From assembly GCA_964602915.1 (NCBI GenBank), contig CAZRTB010000001.1, forward strand, positions 598,417 to 662,416: a stretch of 64,000 nucleotides of DNA, in the 5' to 3' direction. Shown piece after piece: positions 15,504-24,768 of the stretch. This DNA comes from an uncultured Gammaproteobacteria bacterium. GTDB lineage: Bacteria; Cyanobacteriota; Vampirovibrionia; 2-02-FULL-35-15. Numbering within the stretch: the first letter of the stretch is position 1; the number at the start of each line of letters is the position of its first letter. Below the pieces are notes generated by a model that saw only the letters and a program-made list of their open reading frames with translations, ran no database searches and was not told where the DNA came from. The position numbers and the translations under genes were made by a program.

Positions 15504-17018
15504 ATGTCAAATATTCAAAAAGAAACACCTGAAAAATTAAAAGAAAATCAAAAATCAATACAAACAATTAAAAACTATATTGATGGTAAATGGGTTGAAT
15601 CAAAAGGTAAAGAAACTGTTGATGTGATTAATCCTGCTTATGCAAAAGTAATTGCAAAATGCCCACTTGGTACACCTGATGATATAAACTCTGCTGTGAC
15701 TTCTGCAAAAGAGGCTTTTAAAAAATGGAGAAAAACACCAGTAATTGATAGAGTTCAGGTTCTTTTTAAATTAAAAACACTACTTGAAAAAAATCTAGAT
15801 GAATTAGCAAAAATTTGTACAGAAGAAAATGGAAAAACACTTATAGAATCCAAGGGAGATGTTAGAAGAGGCATTCAGATGGTTGAAACTGCTTGTGGAA
15901 TGCCTTCTTTAATTATGGGGAGAACTGTAGAAGATATAGCAGAAGGAATAGATTGTCATTCTATAAAAGCTCCTTTAGGGGTCTTTTGTGCTATTACACC
16001 TTTTAATTTCCCTCCAATGGTACCTTTCTGGTTTTGGCCTTTTGCAATTGCTTCTGGGAATACATTTATACTAAAACCTAGCGAAAGGGTCCCCTTAACT
16101 CAGATTAGAGTTTTTGAACTTTTAGAAGAAGCAGGAATTCCAAAAGGTGTTATGAATATGGTGCATGGTGGAAAAGAAGTTGTTAATGCACTATGTGAGC
16201 ATCCAGATATTAAAGGAGTTTCATTTGTTGGATCTACACCTGTAGCAAAACATGTTTATAAACTTGCCACCTCAAATTATAAAAGAGTGCAGGCATTAGG
16301 TGGTGCTAAAAACTTTATGGTTGTTTTACCAGATGCAGTTATAGAATCTGCGATTAGGACTGTTTTTGAATCGTGCACAGGATGTGCAGGGCAGAGATGT
16401 CTGGCTGGATCCGTAGTTTTAGGAATAGGAGATGTATATAAATCCTTAGAAGAAGGAATAGTTAATTCTGCTAAAAAAGCAATTGTTGGAGATGGATTAG
16501 ACCCAAAATCAAATATAGGACCTTTAATTTCTCAAATTGCAAAAAACAGAGTAAAAGAGTTAATCCAATCAGCAGTTGATGAAGGTGCCAAAATTTTAGT
16601 AGACGGGAGAGAAGGAATTGATCATTTAGAGGGATATTTTTTAAAACCCACAGTGATTGCTGGTGTTACTAAAAACATGCGCATTGCTAAAGAAGAAATC
16701 TTTGGACCAGTAGTTTGTTTGGCAAATGTAAAAACACTGGATGAAGCTATTGAATGGTTAAACAGTTCTGATTATGGAAACACGACTTCACTTTTTACCA
16801 GCTCAGGTGCTAGTGCCAGGAAATTTTCCTATGAGGTAAATCCTAGCATGATAGGCATTAACATTGGTGTGCCAGCACCCATGGCATTTTTCTCTTTTGG
16901 AGGAACGAAAGAATCTTTCTTTGGAGATATTAAAGTACATGGCTCAATGTCTGTAGATTTTTATACTGATACTAAAACTACGATTGAAAGATGGATAAAA
17001 GAATCCAGTATCTGGTGA
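15504..17018 (+). CDS. mmsA: CoA-acylating (methyl)malonate-semialdehyde dehydrogenase (aldehyde dehydrogenase family)
   Basis: ALDH-family fold with the catalytic Cys in FESCTGCAGQRCLAG and FTSSGASARKF. The MmsA-like N-terminus ...IKNYIDGKWVES is present and the length is 504 aa. Its position at the head of the pyrimidine and beta-alanine catabolic operon fits the MmsA role. Confidence 0.75.
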   Translation: MSNIQKETPEKLKENQKSIQTIKNYIDGKWVESKGKETVDVINPAYAKVIAKCPLGTPDDINSAVTSAKEAFKKWRKTPVIDRVQVLFKLKTLLEKNLDELAKICTEENGKTLIESKGDVRRGIQMVETACGMPSLIMGRTVEDIAEGIDCHSIKAPLGVFCAITPFNFPPMVPFWFWPFAIASGNTFILKPSERVPLTQIRVFELLEEAGIPKGVMNMVHGGKEVVNALCEHPDIKGVSFVGSTPVAKHVYKLATSNYKRVQALGGAKNFMVVLPDAVIESAIRTVFESCTGCAGQRCLAGSVVLGIGDVYKSLEEGIVNSAKKAIVGDGLDPKSNIGPLISQIAKNRVKELIQSAVDEGAKILVDGREGIDHLEGYFLKPTVIAGVTKNMRIAKEEIFGPVVCLANVKTLDEAIEWLNSSDYGNTTSLFTSSGASARKFSYEVNPSMIGINIGVPAPMAFFSFGGTKESFFGDIKVHGSMSVDFYTDTKTTIERWIKESSIW

Positions 17019-17023
17019 GGGAA

Positions 17024-18448
17024 ATGGCAAAAACACTATTAATTAAAAATGGAACAATCGTTACAGCGATGGATAAATATGAAGCTGATGTTTTTATCTC
17101 GGGAGAAAAAGTTCAAGCAATTGGGAAAGATTTAGATTTTAAGGCTGATCAGGTAATTTCTGCAAAAGGAAACTATCTTTTCCCTGGTGGAATTGATGCA
17201 CATACTCACATGGAATTACCATTTATGGGTACTTATGCAAGCGATACCTTTGAATCAGGAACTCTGGCTGGATTATTTGGTGGGACCACTACTATTATTG
17301 ATTTTGCTATTCAGTCTCATGGTGAATCCTTTAATTCTACGCTGGATAAGTGGCATAAAAAAGCTGATGGAAATGCAGTTTCTGATTATGCTTTTCACTT
17401 AGGTGTAACTGATTTCAATGAGAAAACTAAAGAGGAAATAAAAGGTATAACTCAAAAAAGAGGGGTGACATCCTTTAAAGTTTTTATGGCTTATAAAGGT
17501 GCTCTCATGGTTGATGATAGACAGATCATTGGCTTAATGAATGAGGCTAAGAAATATGGTGGAATTATAACTACTCATGCTGAAAATGGAGATATGATAG
17601 ATGAACTTATTACTGAGTTTAAAAAAGAAGGAAAACTTTCTCCGAAATATCATCCCCTTTCAAGACCTGATATTGCAGAGGCAGAAGCTTCTGGAAGAAT
17701 AATAGATATTGCTTATCAGGGAAATCATCCTTTATACATAGTTCATATGACATGTGAATCTGCATTAAATAGAGTTCGCGAAGCTACAAAAAGAAATCAA
17801 AAAGTAAATGTAGAAACCTGCATTCAGTATTTATTGTTAGATGATTCACTTTATGAATCTCCTGGATTCGAAGGAGCAAAATGGGTTTTTAGTCCGCCTC
17901 TTAGAAAACCCAAAGATCAAAAAGCATTGTGGGATGGTATAAATCAGGGATTGATTCATACTGTAGCTACTGACCATTGTCCGTTTTGTATGGACCAAAA
18001 AAGAATGGGTGAAAATGATTTCTCAAAAATCCCAAATGGTGCTCCTGGTGTAGAACATAGAATGGAGCTCTTATTTTCAGAAGGAGTTTTAAAAGAAAAA
18101 ATATCAATTAATAAATTTGTTGAAATAAGCTCTTATGCACCAGCAAAAATATTTGGAATGTTTCCAAAAAAAGGCACAATTGCTGTAGGTTCTGATGCAG
18201 ATATTGTGATCTTTGACCCAAATATCTCTCATACTATTTCAGTAAAAACTCATCATCATAACTGTGATTATTCTGCATTTGAAGGTTGGAAAGTTCAAGG
18301 GAAATCTAAAACAGTTATTTTGCGTGGAGAAATTGTAATTGATAATAATAAAGCATTAGTTGGAAAAGGCTTTGGTCGATATATTCAAAGAAGTCCTTAT
18401 GACAAAGAGTATGTTGAAAAAGAAGAATTGACGGCAGTAAAAAGGTAG
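17024..18448 (+). CDS. dihydropyrimidinase / D-hydantoinase (cyclic amidohydrolase)
   Basis: MAKTLLIKNGTIVT... start. The metal-binding GGIDAHTHMELPFMGT and carbamylated-Lys region (FKVFMAYKG) are present, as are HAENGD and the C-terminal VGSDADIVIFDP. The track ORF begins at 16991 inside mmsA; the Met at 17024 gives the family-typical N-terminus. Confidence 0.9.
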   Translation: MAKTLLIKNGTIVTAMDKYEADVFISGEKVQAIGKDLDFKADQVISAKGNYLFPGGIDAHTHMELPFMGTYASDTFESGTLAGLFGGTTTIIDFAIQSHGESFNSTLDKWHKKADGNAVSDYAFHLGVTDFNEKTKEEIKGITQKRGVTSFKVFMAYKGALMVDDRQIIGLMNEAKKYGGIITTHAENGDMIDELITEFKKEGKLSPKYHPLSRPDIAEAEASGRIIDIAYQGNHPLYIVHMTCESALNRVREATKRNQKVNVETCIQYLLLDDSLYESPGFEGAKWVFSPPLRKPKDQKALWDGINQGLIHTVATDHCPFCMDQKRMGENDFSKIPNGAPGVEHRMELLFSEGVLKEKISINKFVEISSYAPAKIFGMFPKKGTIAVGSDADIVIFDPNISHTISVKTHHHNCDYSAFEGWKVQGKSKTVILRGEIVIDNNKALVGKGFGRYIQRSPYDKEYVEKEELTAVKR

Positions 18449-18458
18449 AGGGATAAAC

Positions 18459-19340
18459 ATGAGTGAATCAAGCGGGAAAAAAAACGTAAAAGTTGGACTT
18501 ATTCAGGTAGGATGTAAGCTCTCTGGAGATGCTAGCTGTGAAGAACATAGAGAAGCTATGATAAAAGCACATATGCCATATATAGAAGAAGCAGGAAAGA
18601 AAAAAGTTAATATTTTATGTCTTCAAGAAGTTTTTACCGGACCGTATTTTTGTTGTTCGCAGGATTCAAAATGGTACGATCTTGCCGAGCCAATTCCTGA
18701 CGGACCTACTACAAAGCTTATGTGTGAGCTGGCAAAAAAATATAATATGGTTATTATTGTCCCGATTTATGAAAAAGAAATGACAGGAGTCTATTACAAT
18801 ACAGCCGCTGTTATAGATTGTGATGGAACTTATTTAGGGAAATATAGAAAAAATCATATTCCACAGGTGAAAGGATTTTGGGAAAAGTTTTTCTTTAAAC
18901 CAGGAAATCTTGGTTATCCAGTATTTAAAACAAAGTATGGAAATGTTGGTGTTTATATTTGCTATGATAGGCATTTTCCTGATGGAGCAAGATGTTTAGG
19001 TTTAAGTGGTGCAGATATTGTTTTCAATCCTTCAGCTACTGTAGCCGGGCTTTCAGAATATTTATGGAAGATTGAGCAACCAGCACATGCAGTAGCAAAT
19101 GGTTATTTTGTTTGTGCTATTAATCGTGTAGGAATAGAAGCTCCATGGAATATAGGACAATTTTATGGAACATCCTATGCAGTTAGCCCAAAAGGAAAAA
19201 TAATTGCAGAGGCTTCCAGAGATAAAGATGAACTTTTAGTCTGTGATCTCGATTTAAACGAAATTAAAGAGGTTAGAGATCTTTGGCAGTTTTTTAGAGA
19301 CAGAAGACCAGAAACATATAAACAGCTTGTAGAGTTATAA
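18459..19340 (+). CDS. beta-ureidopropionase / N-carbamoyl-amino-acid amidohydrolase (nitrilase/CN-hydrolase superfamily)
   Basis: Glu-Lys-Cys triad context: LCLQEVF, YRKNHIP, GVYICYDRHFPD. The length is 293 aa. An AGAGGGA SD lies 6 nt upstream of the start. Confidence 0.8.
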   Translation: MSESSGKKNVKVGLIQVGCKLSGDASCEEHREAMIKAHMPYIEEAGKKKVNILCLQEVFTGPYFCCSQDSKWYDLAEPIPDGPTTKLMCELAKKYNMVIIVPIYEKEMTGVYYNTAAVIDCDGTYLGKYRKNHIPQVKGFWEKFFFKPGNLGYPVFKTKYGNVGVYICYDRHFPDGARCLGLSGADIVFNPSATVAGLSEYLWKIEQPAHAVANGYFVCAINRVGIEAPWNIGQFYGTSYAVSPKGKIIAEASRDKDELLVCDLDLNEIKEVRDLWQFFRDRRPETYKQLVEL

Positions 19341-19351
19341 AGAGGTAAGAC

Positions 19352-20692
19352 ATGAGTGTAAATGAGAAAAATATTGATTTGCAAATAAAAGGGATTCCTT
19401 CAAAAGAAGAGATTCTAAAAGTTAGAAAAAACAATTTCCCCCCAACAGCTTTTTTGTATTATAGAAACCCAGTTCAGCTTGTAAAAGCAAAAGGTAACTA
19501 TGTTTGGGATGAAAGTGGAAAAGAATATTTAGATGCAATTGGTGGAATTGTCTGTAATTCAGCAGGACATAACCATCCTAAAATTCAATCTGCTTTAATT
19601 GATCTGATTAAAAATGATGAAATCCAGCATACAACTACTATATATTTAAATCATCACATTACAAATCTAGCAAAGAAAATAATTGCAGAAGCACCAAAAG
19701 GTTTAGATAAATGTACATTTACAAACTCAGGCTCTGAAGCTAATGAATATGCTTTTATGTCTGCTCGTAATGCTACTGGTGAACAGATGATTGTAAATCT
19801 AAGGCATGGATATCATGGTGGAACAGCGGCTACCACTGCAAACTGTGGACTTTATACATGGCGGTTTAAATCACAACCCGTTTCATCTGTAACATCAGCA
19901 ATGGAACCTTATTGTTATCGTTGTCCTTTTGATAAGAAGCCTGATAGCTGTAATCTTGAGTGTGTAAAAAATATTGAAACTACAATTCAAACATCAACGA
20001 GTGGGAAAATAGCAGGATTTATAGCAGAACCCATCATGGGAGCAGGAGGAGTAATAGCTCCACCAGATCAATACTTCCATGAAGCAGTAAAAATTGTTCA
20101 TAATTATGGTGGAAAATATATAAGTGATGAAGTGCAGACTGGCGCAGGAAGATGCGGAGAGAGATTTTTACTAACTACAGAACTTGGTATTTCTGCAGAT
20201 ATGGTAACAATGGCAAAAGGATTTGGAAATGGTTCAGCGATTGGATGTGTTTTATTAAAATCAGATATAGCAGAAGCTCAGACTGGAAAACTTTACTTTA
20301 ATACTTTTGGTGGTGATCCATTTCAAACAATGCAGGCACTGAAGACAATGGAAATTATTGAGGAAGAGAATTTAATAAAAAATGCAAAAGAATTAGGAGC
20401 ATATATTAAATCAGGACTTAATGACCTTATGAAAAAATATGAAATTATTGGAGATGTTAGAGGAAGAGGTCTTTTACTCGGAATAGAACTAGTGAAAGAT
20501 AAAAAATCAAAAGAACATGCTGTAAAAGAATGCGCAGATATATTAGAAATAACAAAAGATAACGGTTTGCTTTTAGGTAAAGGTGGACTTTTTGGAAATA
20601 TTATAAGAATTGCACCAGCTTTATCTATAAATAAAAAACAAGCAGATTTCCTTCTGGAAAAATTAGATTCAGCCTTTAAACAAGTTAGATAG
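19352..20692 (+). CDS. class III (omega) aminotransferase, beta-alanine--pyruvate/2-oxoglutarate type
   Basis: The PLP-fold-type-I class III landmarks are present: SGSEANE, the ISDEVQTG Schiff-base region, and the Lys in TMAKGFGNG. The length is 446 aa. Confidence 0.8.
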   Translation: MSVNEKNIDLQIKGIPSKEEILKVRKNNFPPTAFLYYRNPVQLVKAKGNYVWDESGKEYLDAIGGIVCNSAGHNHPKIQSALIDLIKNDEIQHTTTIYLNHHITNLAKKIIAEAPKGLDKCTFTNSGSEANEYAFMSARNATGEQMIVNLRHGYHGGTAATTANCGLYTWRFKSQPVSSVTSAMEPYCYRCPFDKKPDSCNLECVKNIETTIQTSTSGKIAGFIAEPIMGAGGVIAPPDQYFHEAVKIVHNYGGKYISDEVQTGAGRCGERFLLTTELGISADMVTMAKGFGNGSAIGCVLLKSDIAEAQTGKLYFNTFGGDPFQTMQALKTMEIIEEENLIKNAKELGAYIKSGLNDLMKKYEIIGDVRGRGLLLGIELVKDKKSKEHAVKECADILEITKDNGLLLGKGGLFGNIIRIAPALSINKKQADFLLEKLDSAFKQVR

Positions 20693-20748
20693 TGGAACAT
20701 TTAATATCTACTTATGAGTCTTAACTGAAGTAGGATAAAGATATAACT

Positions 20749-22209
20749 ATGGAAGTCGATTCAGAACTAATCAATGAAGATTTAGCACCAGTTTTAGCTG
20801 GAAAAAAGAATTGGAATACTTGGAACTATACTGCTTTATGGATTGGAATGTGCATTAATATTCCTTCTTATATGATTTCTGCTTCATTAATTCAGGGCGG
20901 AATGAATGTAAAACAAGCAGTTTTTACTGTATTTCTTGGAAATGTTATTGTTCTTATTCCAATGGTTTTGAATGGACATATAGGAGTAAAATATGGAATC
21001 CCATTCCCTATTTATGCAAGACTTAGCTTTGGAGTTAAAGGTGCAAATATTCCTGCTTTATTAAGAGCAATTGTAGCTTGTGGGTGGTTTGGTATTCAGT
21101 GCTGGATAGGCGGTTCAGCGATTTATACCATGCTTCAAATCATTTGGCCTGGAGCAGTTGATTTCCCTAAAATAATGCCAGAATTTTTGCAAGTATCGTT
21201 TGTTCCATTTTTATGCTTTATGATTTTTTGGAGTATCAATGTCTTTTTAATTTGCAAAGGCATTGAATCAATTAAAATTTTAGAAACTTACTGTGCTCCA
21301 TTCTTAATTTTAAGTGGATTAGCACTTCTTATGTGGGCATTTAATAATGCTAATGGACTTGATTCTCTTTTAGCCAGTCCATCAAAGTTTAAAACAATAG
21401 CAGAATTCTGGAAGTTTTTCTTTCCTGCATTGACAGGAGTTGTTGGGTTTTGGGCAACTTTAAGTTTAAATATTCCTGATTTTACTAGATATGCAAAAGA
21501 TCAAAAGGCACAGATTGTTGGTCAGGTTCTTGGACTACCACTTACGATGACACTAATTGCATTTATTGGTGTGGCAGTAACAATGGCATCATTTATTATT
21601 TATGGTGAATATATCTGGAATCCGGTTGACCTGGTAAGTAAATTTGAAAATAAAATAGTAGTTTTTATAGCAATGGGATTGATTAGTTTAGCTACGTTAG
21701 CTATGAATGCCGCCGCAAATGTTGTAGCTCCAGCTAATGATTTCTCAAATTTATGCCCATCAAAAATTGATTTTAAAAAAGGGGGGTTAATTACTGCATT
21801 TATTGGCTTAGTGATTATGCCCTGGAAGCTAATTTTAGATCCATCAGGATATATTTTTACATGGCTTATTGGATATTCAGCATTGCTTGGTCCTATTGCT
21901 GGTATTCTTTTGACAGATTATTTTATAATAAGAAGAGCAAGAGTAGAAGTTCGTGATCTCTATACTTTTTCTGGCAAGTATTCTTATTGTAAAGGATATA
22001 ACATTAGTGCGTTACTTGCTCTTATATTTGGGGTATTACCAAATTTGCCAGGATTTTTTGTTCAGATAAACGTGCTACCTAAAAACATGTTTCCTTCTTT
22101 TATTATTGAGCTTTACCATTATGCATGGTTTATTGGACTGTTAATATCTAGCATCTTTTATTTTATATTAATGAAATGCCAAAAAACAGAGGTAGAAAAA
22201 AGTGTCTGA
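20749..22209 (+). CDS. NCS1 family nucleobase/hydantoin:cation symporter (cytosine/uracil/allantoin permease-like)
   Basis: 12-TM protein. It has the N-terminal NEDLAPV..KKNW..WNY..LWIGMCINIPSYM signature of NCS1/PucI-Mhp1-type permeases. Confidence 0.75.
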   Translation: MEVDSELINEDLAPVLAGKKNWNTWNYTALWIGMCINIPSYMISASLIQGGMNVKQAVFTVFLGNVIVLIPMVLNGHIGVKYGIPFPIYARLSFGVKGANIPALLRAIVACGWFGIQCWIGGSAIYTMLQIIWPGAVDFPKIMPEFLQVSFVPFLCFMIFWSINVFLICKGIESIKILETYCAPFLILSGLALLMWAFNNANGLDSLLASPSKFKTIAEFWKFFFPALTGVVGFWATLSLNIPDFTRYAKDQKAQIVGQVLGLPLTMTLIAFIGVAVTMASFIIYGEYIWNPVDLVSKFENKIVVFIAMGLISLATLAMNAAANVVAPANDFSNLCPSKIDFKKGGLITAFIGLVIMPWKLILDPSGYIFTWLIGYSALLGPIAGILLTDYFIIRRARVEVRDLYTFSGKYSYCKGYNISALLALIFGVLPNLPGFFVQINVLPKNMFPSFIIELYHYAWFIGLLISSIFYFILMKCQKTEVEKSV

Positions 22210-23515
22210 GTTAAATCTAGAAAAAGCCTTTGAAACAATTAAGCCTAAACTTACTCCAAATGAAGCTGTGATTGAGGCTTCACGTTGTTTGTTTTGTTAT
22301 GATGCACCATGTATAACAGCTTGTCCTACTAGCATTGATATTCCTCTTTTTATTAGACAGATAATGACAAAAAATACAAAAGGTTCAGCGAAAACAATTT
22401 TTACTCAAAATATTCTTGGTAAATCATGTGCTCAGGTCTGTCCTACAAAAAATCTTTGTGAGGGGGCTTGTGTCTATCATAATTTAAATGAAAAACCAAT
22501 TGACATAGGAAAGCTTCAGGCTTTTGCCAGTGATTATGCTATTGATAACAAAATCTATTTTTTTGAAAAAGGAAAACCAACAGGAAAAAAAATTGCAGTA
22601 ATAGGCAGTGGTCCAGCTGGACTTGCTTGTGCGCATGAGCTTACTAAGTTTGGACATGATGTAGTGGTATTTGAAGCGAGTCAAAAACCAGGGGGATTAA
22701 ATGCATATGGTGTTGCCCCATATAAATTTACAAATAATGATGCTCAGAAAGAAGTTGAATATATTCAAAAAATTGGTTTTGAGATCAGAACAAATACTAT
22801 GATTAGTGATAAAAAAGATAAAAATACTATCTCTATTTCAGAGCTTGAGAAAGATTTTTCTGCAATATTTATTGGTACTGGATTAGGAGCCTCTAAGAAA
22901 ATTAAAATTAAAGGAGAAGAATTAAAAGGTGTTATAGGAGCTACTGAATTTATTTACGAATTAAGAGATAAAGAACAAAAGATTGCTATAGGGAAAAAAG
23001 TAGTAGTAATTGGTGCAGGAAATACAGCAATAGATGCTACGGTAGAGTCTGCTAAGCTTGGAGCGGATGTAACGCTTGTTTATCGTAGATCTGAAAATGA
23101 GCAAAAAGCCTATAGTTTTGAAGTGGAGTATGCTAAAAAAAACGGAGTAAAGTTTATTTATCTGGCTTCTCCAGTGGAAATCCTTGGAAAAGATTTTGTT
23201 GAAGGAGTAAAGTTTATAAAAAATAAACTAATTTCAGAAAAAGAAATTAAAGAGATTGAAAACTCAGAATTTATAATCCCTTGTGATATGGTAATTACTG
23301 CAATAGGACAAGAATCTGTTATAAGTCTATTTAAGTCTATTCAAAATCTTGAACTAAAAGATGGAAAGATAGTTGTAAATAAAGACTATCAAACAAAAAA
23401 TCCAAAATACTTTGCTGGCGGAGATTGTGTAAATGGTGGCAAAGAGGTTGTAAATGCAGTTCAGCATGGTCGTGATTCAGCAAGAGGAATTCATAAGTAC
23501 CTATGTCAAATCTAG
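22202..23515 (+). CDS. preT: NAD-dependent dihydropyrimidine dehydrogenase subunit PreT (GltD-like FAD/NAD oxidoreductase with Fe-S)
   Basis: N-terminal Cys clusters (CLFCYDAPCITACPT ... CAQVCPT..LCEGAC). Two dinucleotide folds are present (IAVIGSGPAGLACA, VVVIGAGNTAIDA). It has a GTG start overlapping the permease stop. Confidence 0.85.
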   Translation: MSELNLEKAFETIKPKLTPNEAVIEASRCLFCYDAPCITACPTSIDIPLFIRQIMTKNTKGSAKTIFTQNILGKSCAQVCPTKNLCEGACVYHNLNEKPIDIGKLQAFASDYAIDNKIYFFEKGKPTGKKIAVIGSGPAGLACAHELTKFGHDVVVFEASQKPGGLNAYGVAPYKFTNNDAQKEVEYIQKIGFEIRTNTMISDKKDKNTISISELEKDFSAIFIGTGLGASKKIKIKGEELKGVIGATEFIYELRDKEQKIAIGKKVVVIGAGNTAIDATVESAKLGADVTLVYRRSENEQKAYSFEVEYAKKNGVKFIYLASPVEILGKDFVEGVKFIKNKLISEKEIKEIENSEFIIPCDMVITAIGQESVISLFKSIQNLELKDGKIVVNKDYQTKNPKYFAGGDCVNGGKEVVNAVQHGRDSARGIHKYLCQI

Positions 23516-24768
23516 AAGTAAATATTGCAGGAATAAAATCACCGAATCCATTTTGGCTGGCTTCAGGTCCTCCGACAAATACTGCTTATCAGATAATAAA
23601 AGCTTTTACTGCAGGATGGGGTGGTGCTGTCTGGAAAACTTTGGGACAGCCAATTGCTAACGTATCTAGCAGATATGGCGGACTGTCATATAAGAATAAT
23701 AAGTTACTAGGATTAAATAATTTAGAACTCATTTCTGAAAAATCTGTAGAAGAAAATGTTAAAGAGATGAAAATTGTAAAGGAAAAATTCCCAAAAAATG
23801 CTCTTATAGCATCTTTAATGTTTGAGAAAAAAGAAGAATGGCATGATGCTATCTTACGCTGTGAAGATATTGGAATTGATGGGTTCGAATTAAATTTTGG
23901 TTGTCCACATGGAATGTGTGAAAGAGGTATGGGTTCAGCAGTGGGACAAAATCCAGATGTATGCGAAAAAATTACTTCATGGGTTATGGAAAAAGCAAAG
24001 AAACCAGTTATTGTAAAGCTAACTCCTAATGTTACGGATATAACCAAAACTGCTCTTTCTGCTCAAAGAGGTGGAGCAAATGCGGTTTCATTAATAAATA
24101 CTATTAATTCGGTTACTGGAATAAATCTAAATACTATGAATCCAAACCCTTCAGTTGATGGTTTTTCGTCACATGGTGGTTATTGTGGCCCTGCTGTAAA
24201 ACCAATTGCTTTAAATATGGTTTCAGAGGTTTATAATCATCCAGATTTTCATTTACCTATTGTTGGAATTGGTGGAATTGAAACCTGGCAGGATGCTTGT
24301 GAGTTTATTTTAATGGGAGCTCAAGCAGTTCAGGTTTGTACTGCAGTTATGCACTATGGTTTTAGAATAGTTACGGATTTAAACACGGGAGTCAGTGAAT
24401 ATTTATCCATGAACAATATGAAAAATATAATCGAGCTTTCTGGAATATCTGCAAAAAAACTAAGAAAATGGGAACAGTTAGATTTAAATTTTAAAACAAT
24501 TGCAAAGATAGATTCAAATAAATGTATTTCATGTCAGCTATGCTATATAGCCTGTGATGATAGTGCATATCAGTCAATTACATTATCTAAAGATTCAAGA
24601 ATTCCTATCATACTAGAAGATAAATGTGTTGGGTGTAATTTATGTAGCCTTGTTTGTCCAGTAGATGACTGTATAACAATGGTAGAAACCAGAACTAAAA
24701 AAGAAAAACTCCTATGGAAAGATCATCCGAAAAATATTAAAATTATAGAGAATGATAAAAGAAAATAA
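23503..24768 (+). CDS. preA: dihydropyrimidine dehydrogenase subunit PreA (DHOD-like FMN domain + 2x[4Fe-4S] ferredoxin)
   Basis: The TIM-barrel DHOD-like region has GFELNFGCPHG, the Cys in the active-site loop, and IVGIGGI. The C-terminal region is CISCQLCYIACDD ... CVGCNLCSLVCPVDDC. Confidence 0.85.
   Translation: MSNLEVNIAGIKSPNPFWLASGPPTNTAYQIIKAFTAGWGGAVWKTLGQPIANVSSRYGGLSYKNNKLLGLNNLELISEKSVEENVKEMKIVKEKFPKNALIASLMFEKKEEWHDAILRCEDIGIDGFELNFGCPHGMCERGMGSAVGQNPDVCEKITSWVMEKAKKPVIVKLTPNVTDITKTALSAQRGGANAVSLINTINSVTGINLNTMNPNPSVDGFSSHGGYCGPAVKPIALNMVSEVYNHPDFHLPIVGIGGIETWQDACEFILMGAQAVQVCTAVMHYGFRIVTDLNTGVSEYLSMNNMKNIIELSGISAKKLRKWEQLDLNFKTIAKIDSNKCISCQLCYIACDDSAYQSITLSKDSRIPIILEDKCVGCNLCSLVCPVDDCITMVETRTKKEKLLWKDHPKNIKIIENDKRK

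Noticed and set aside
16991-17023. Track start of the dihydropyrimidinase ORF inside mmsA
   Set aside because: Hydantoinase-family proteins begin M..LIKNG. The ATG at 17024, just after the mmsA stop, gives that N-terminus.
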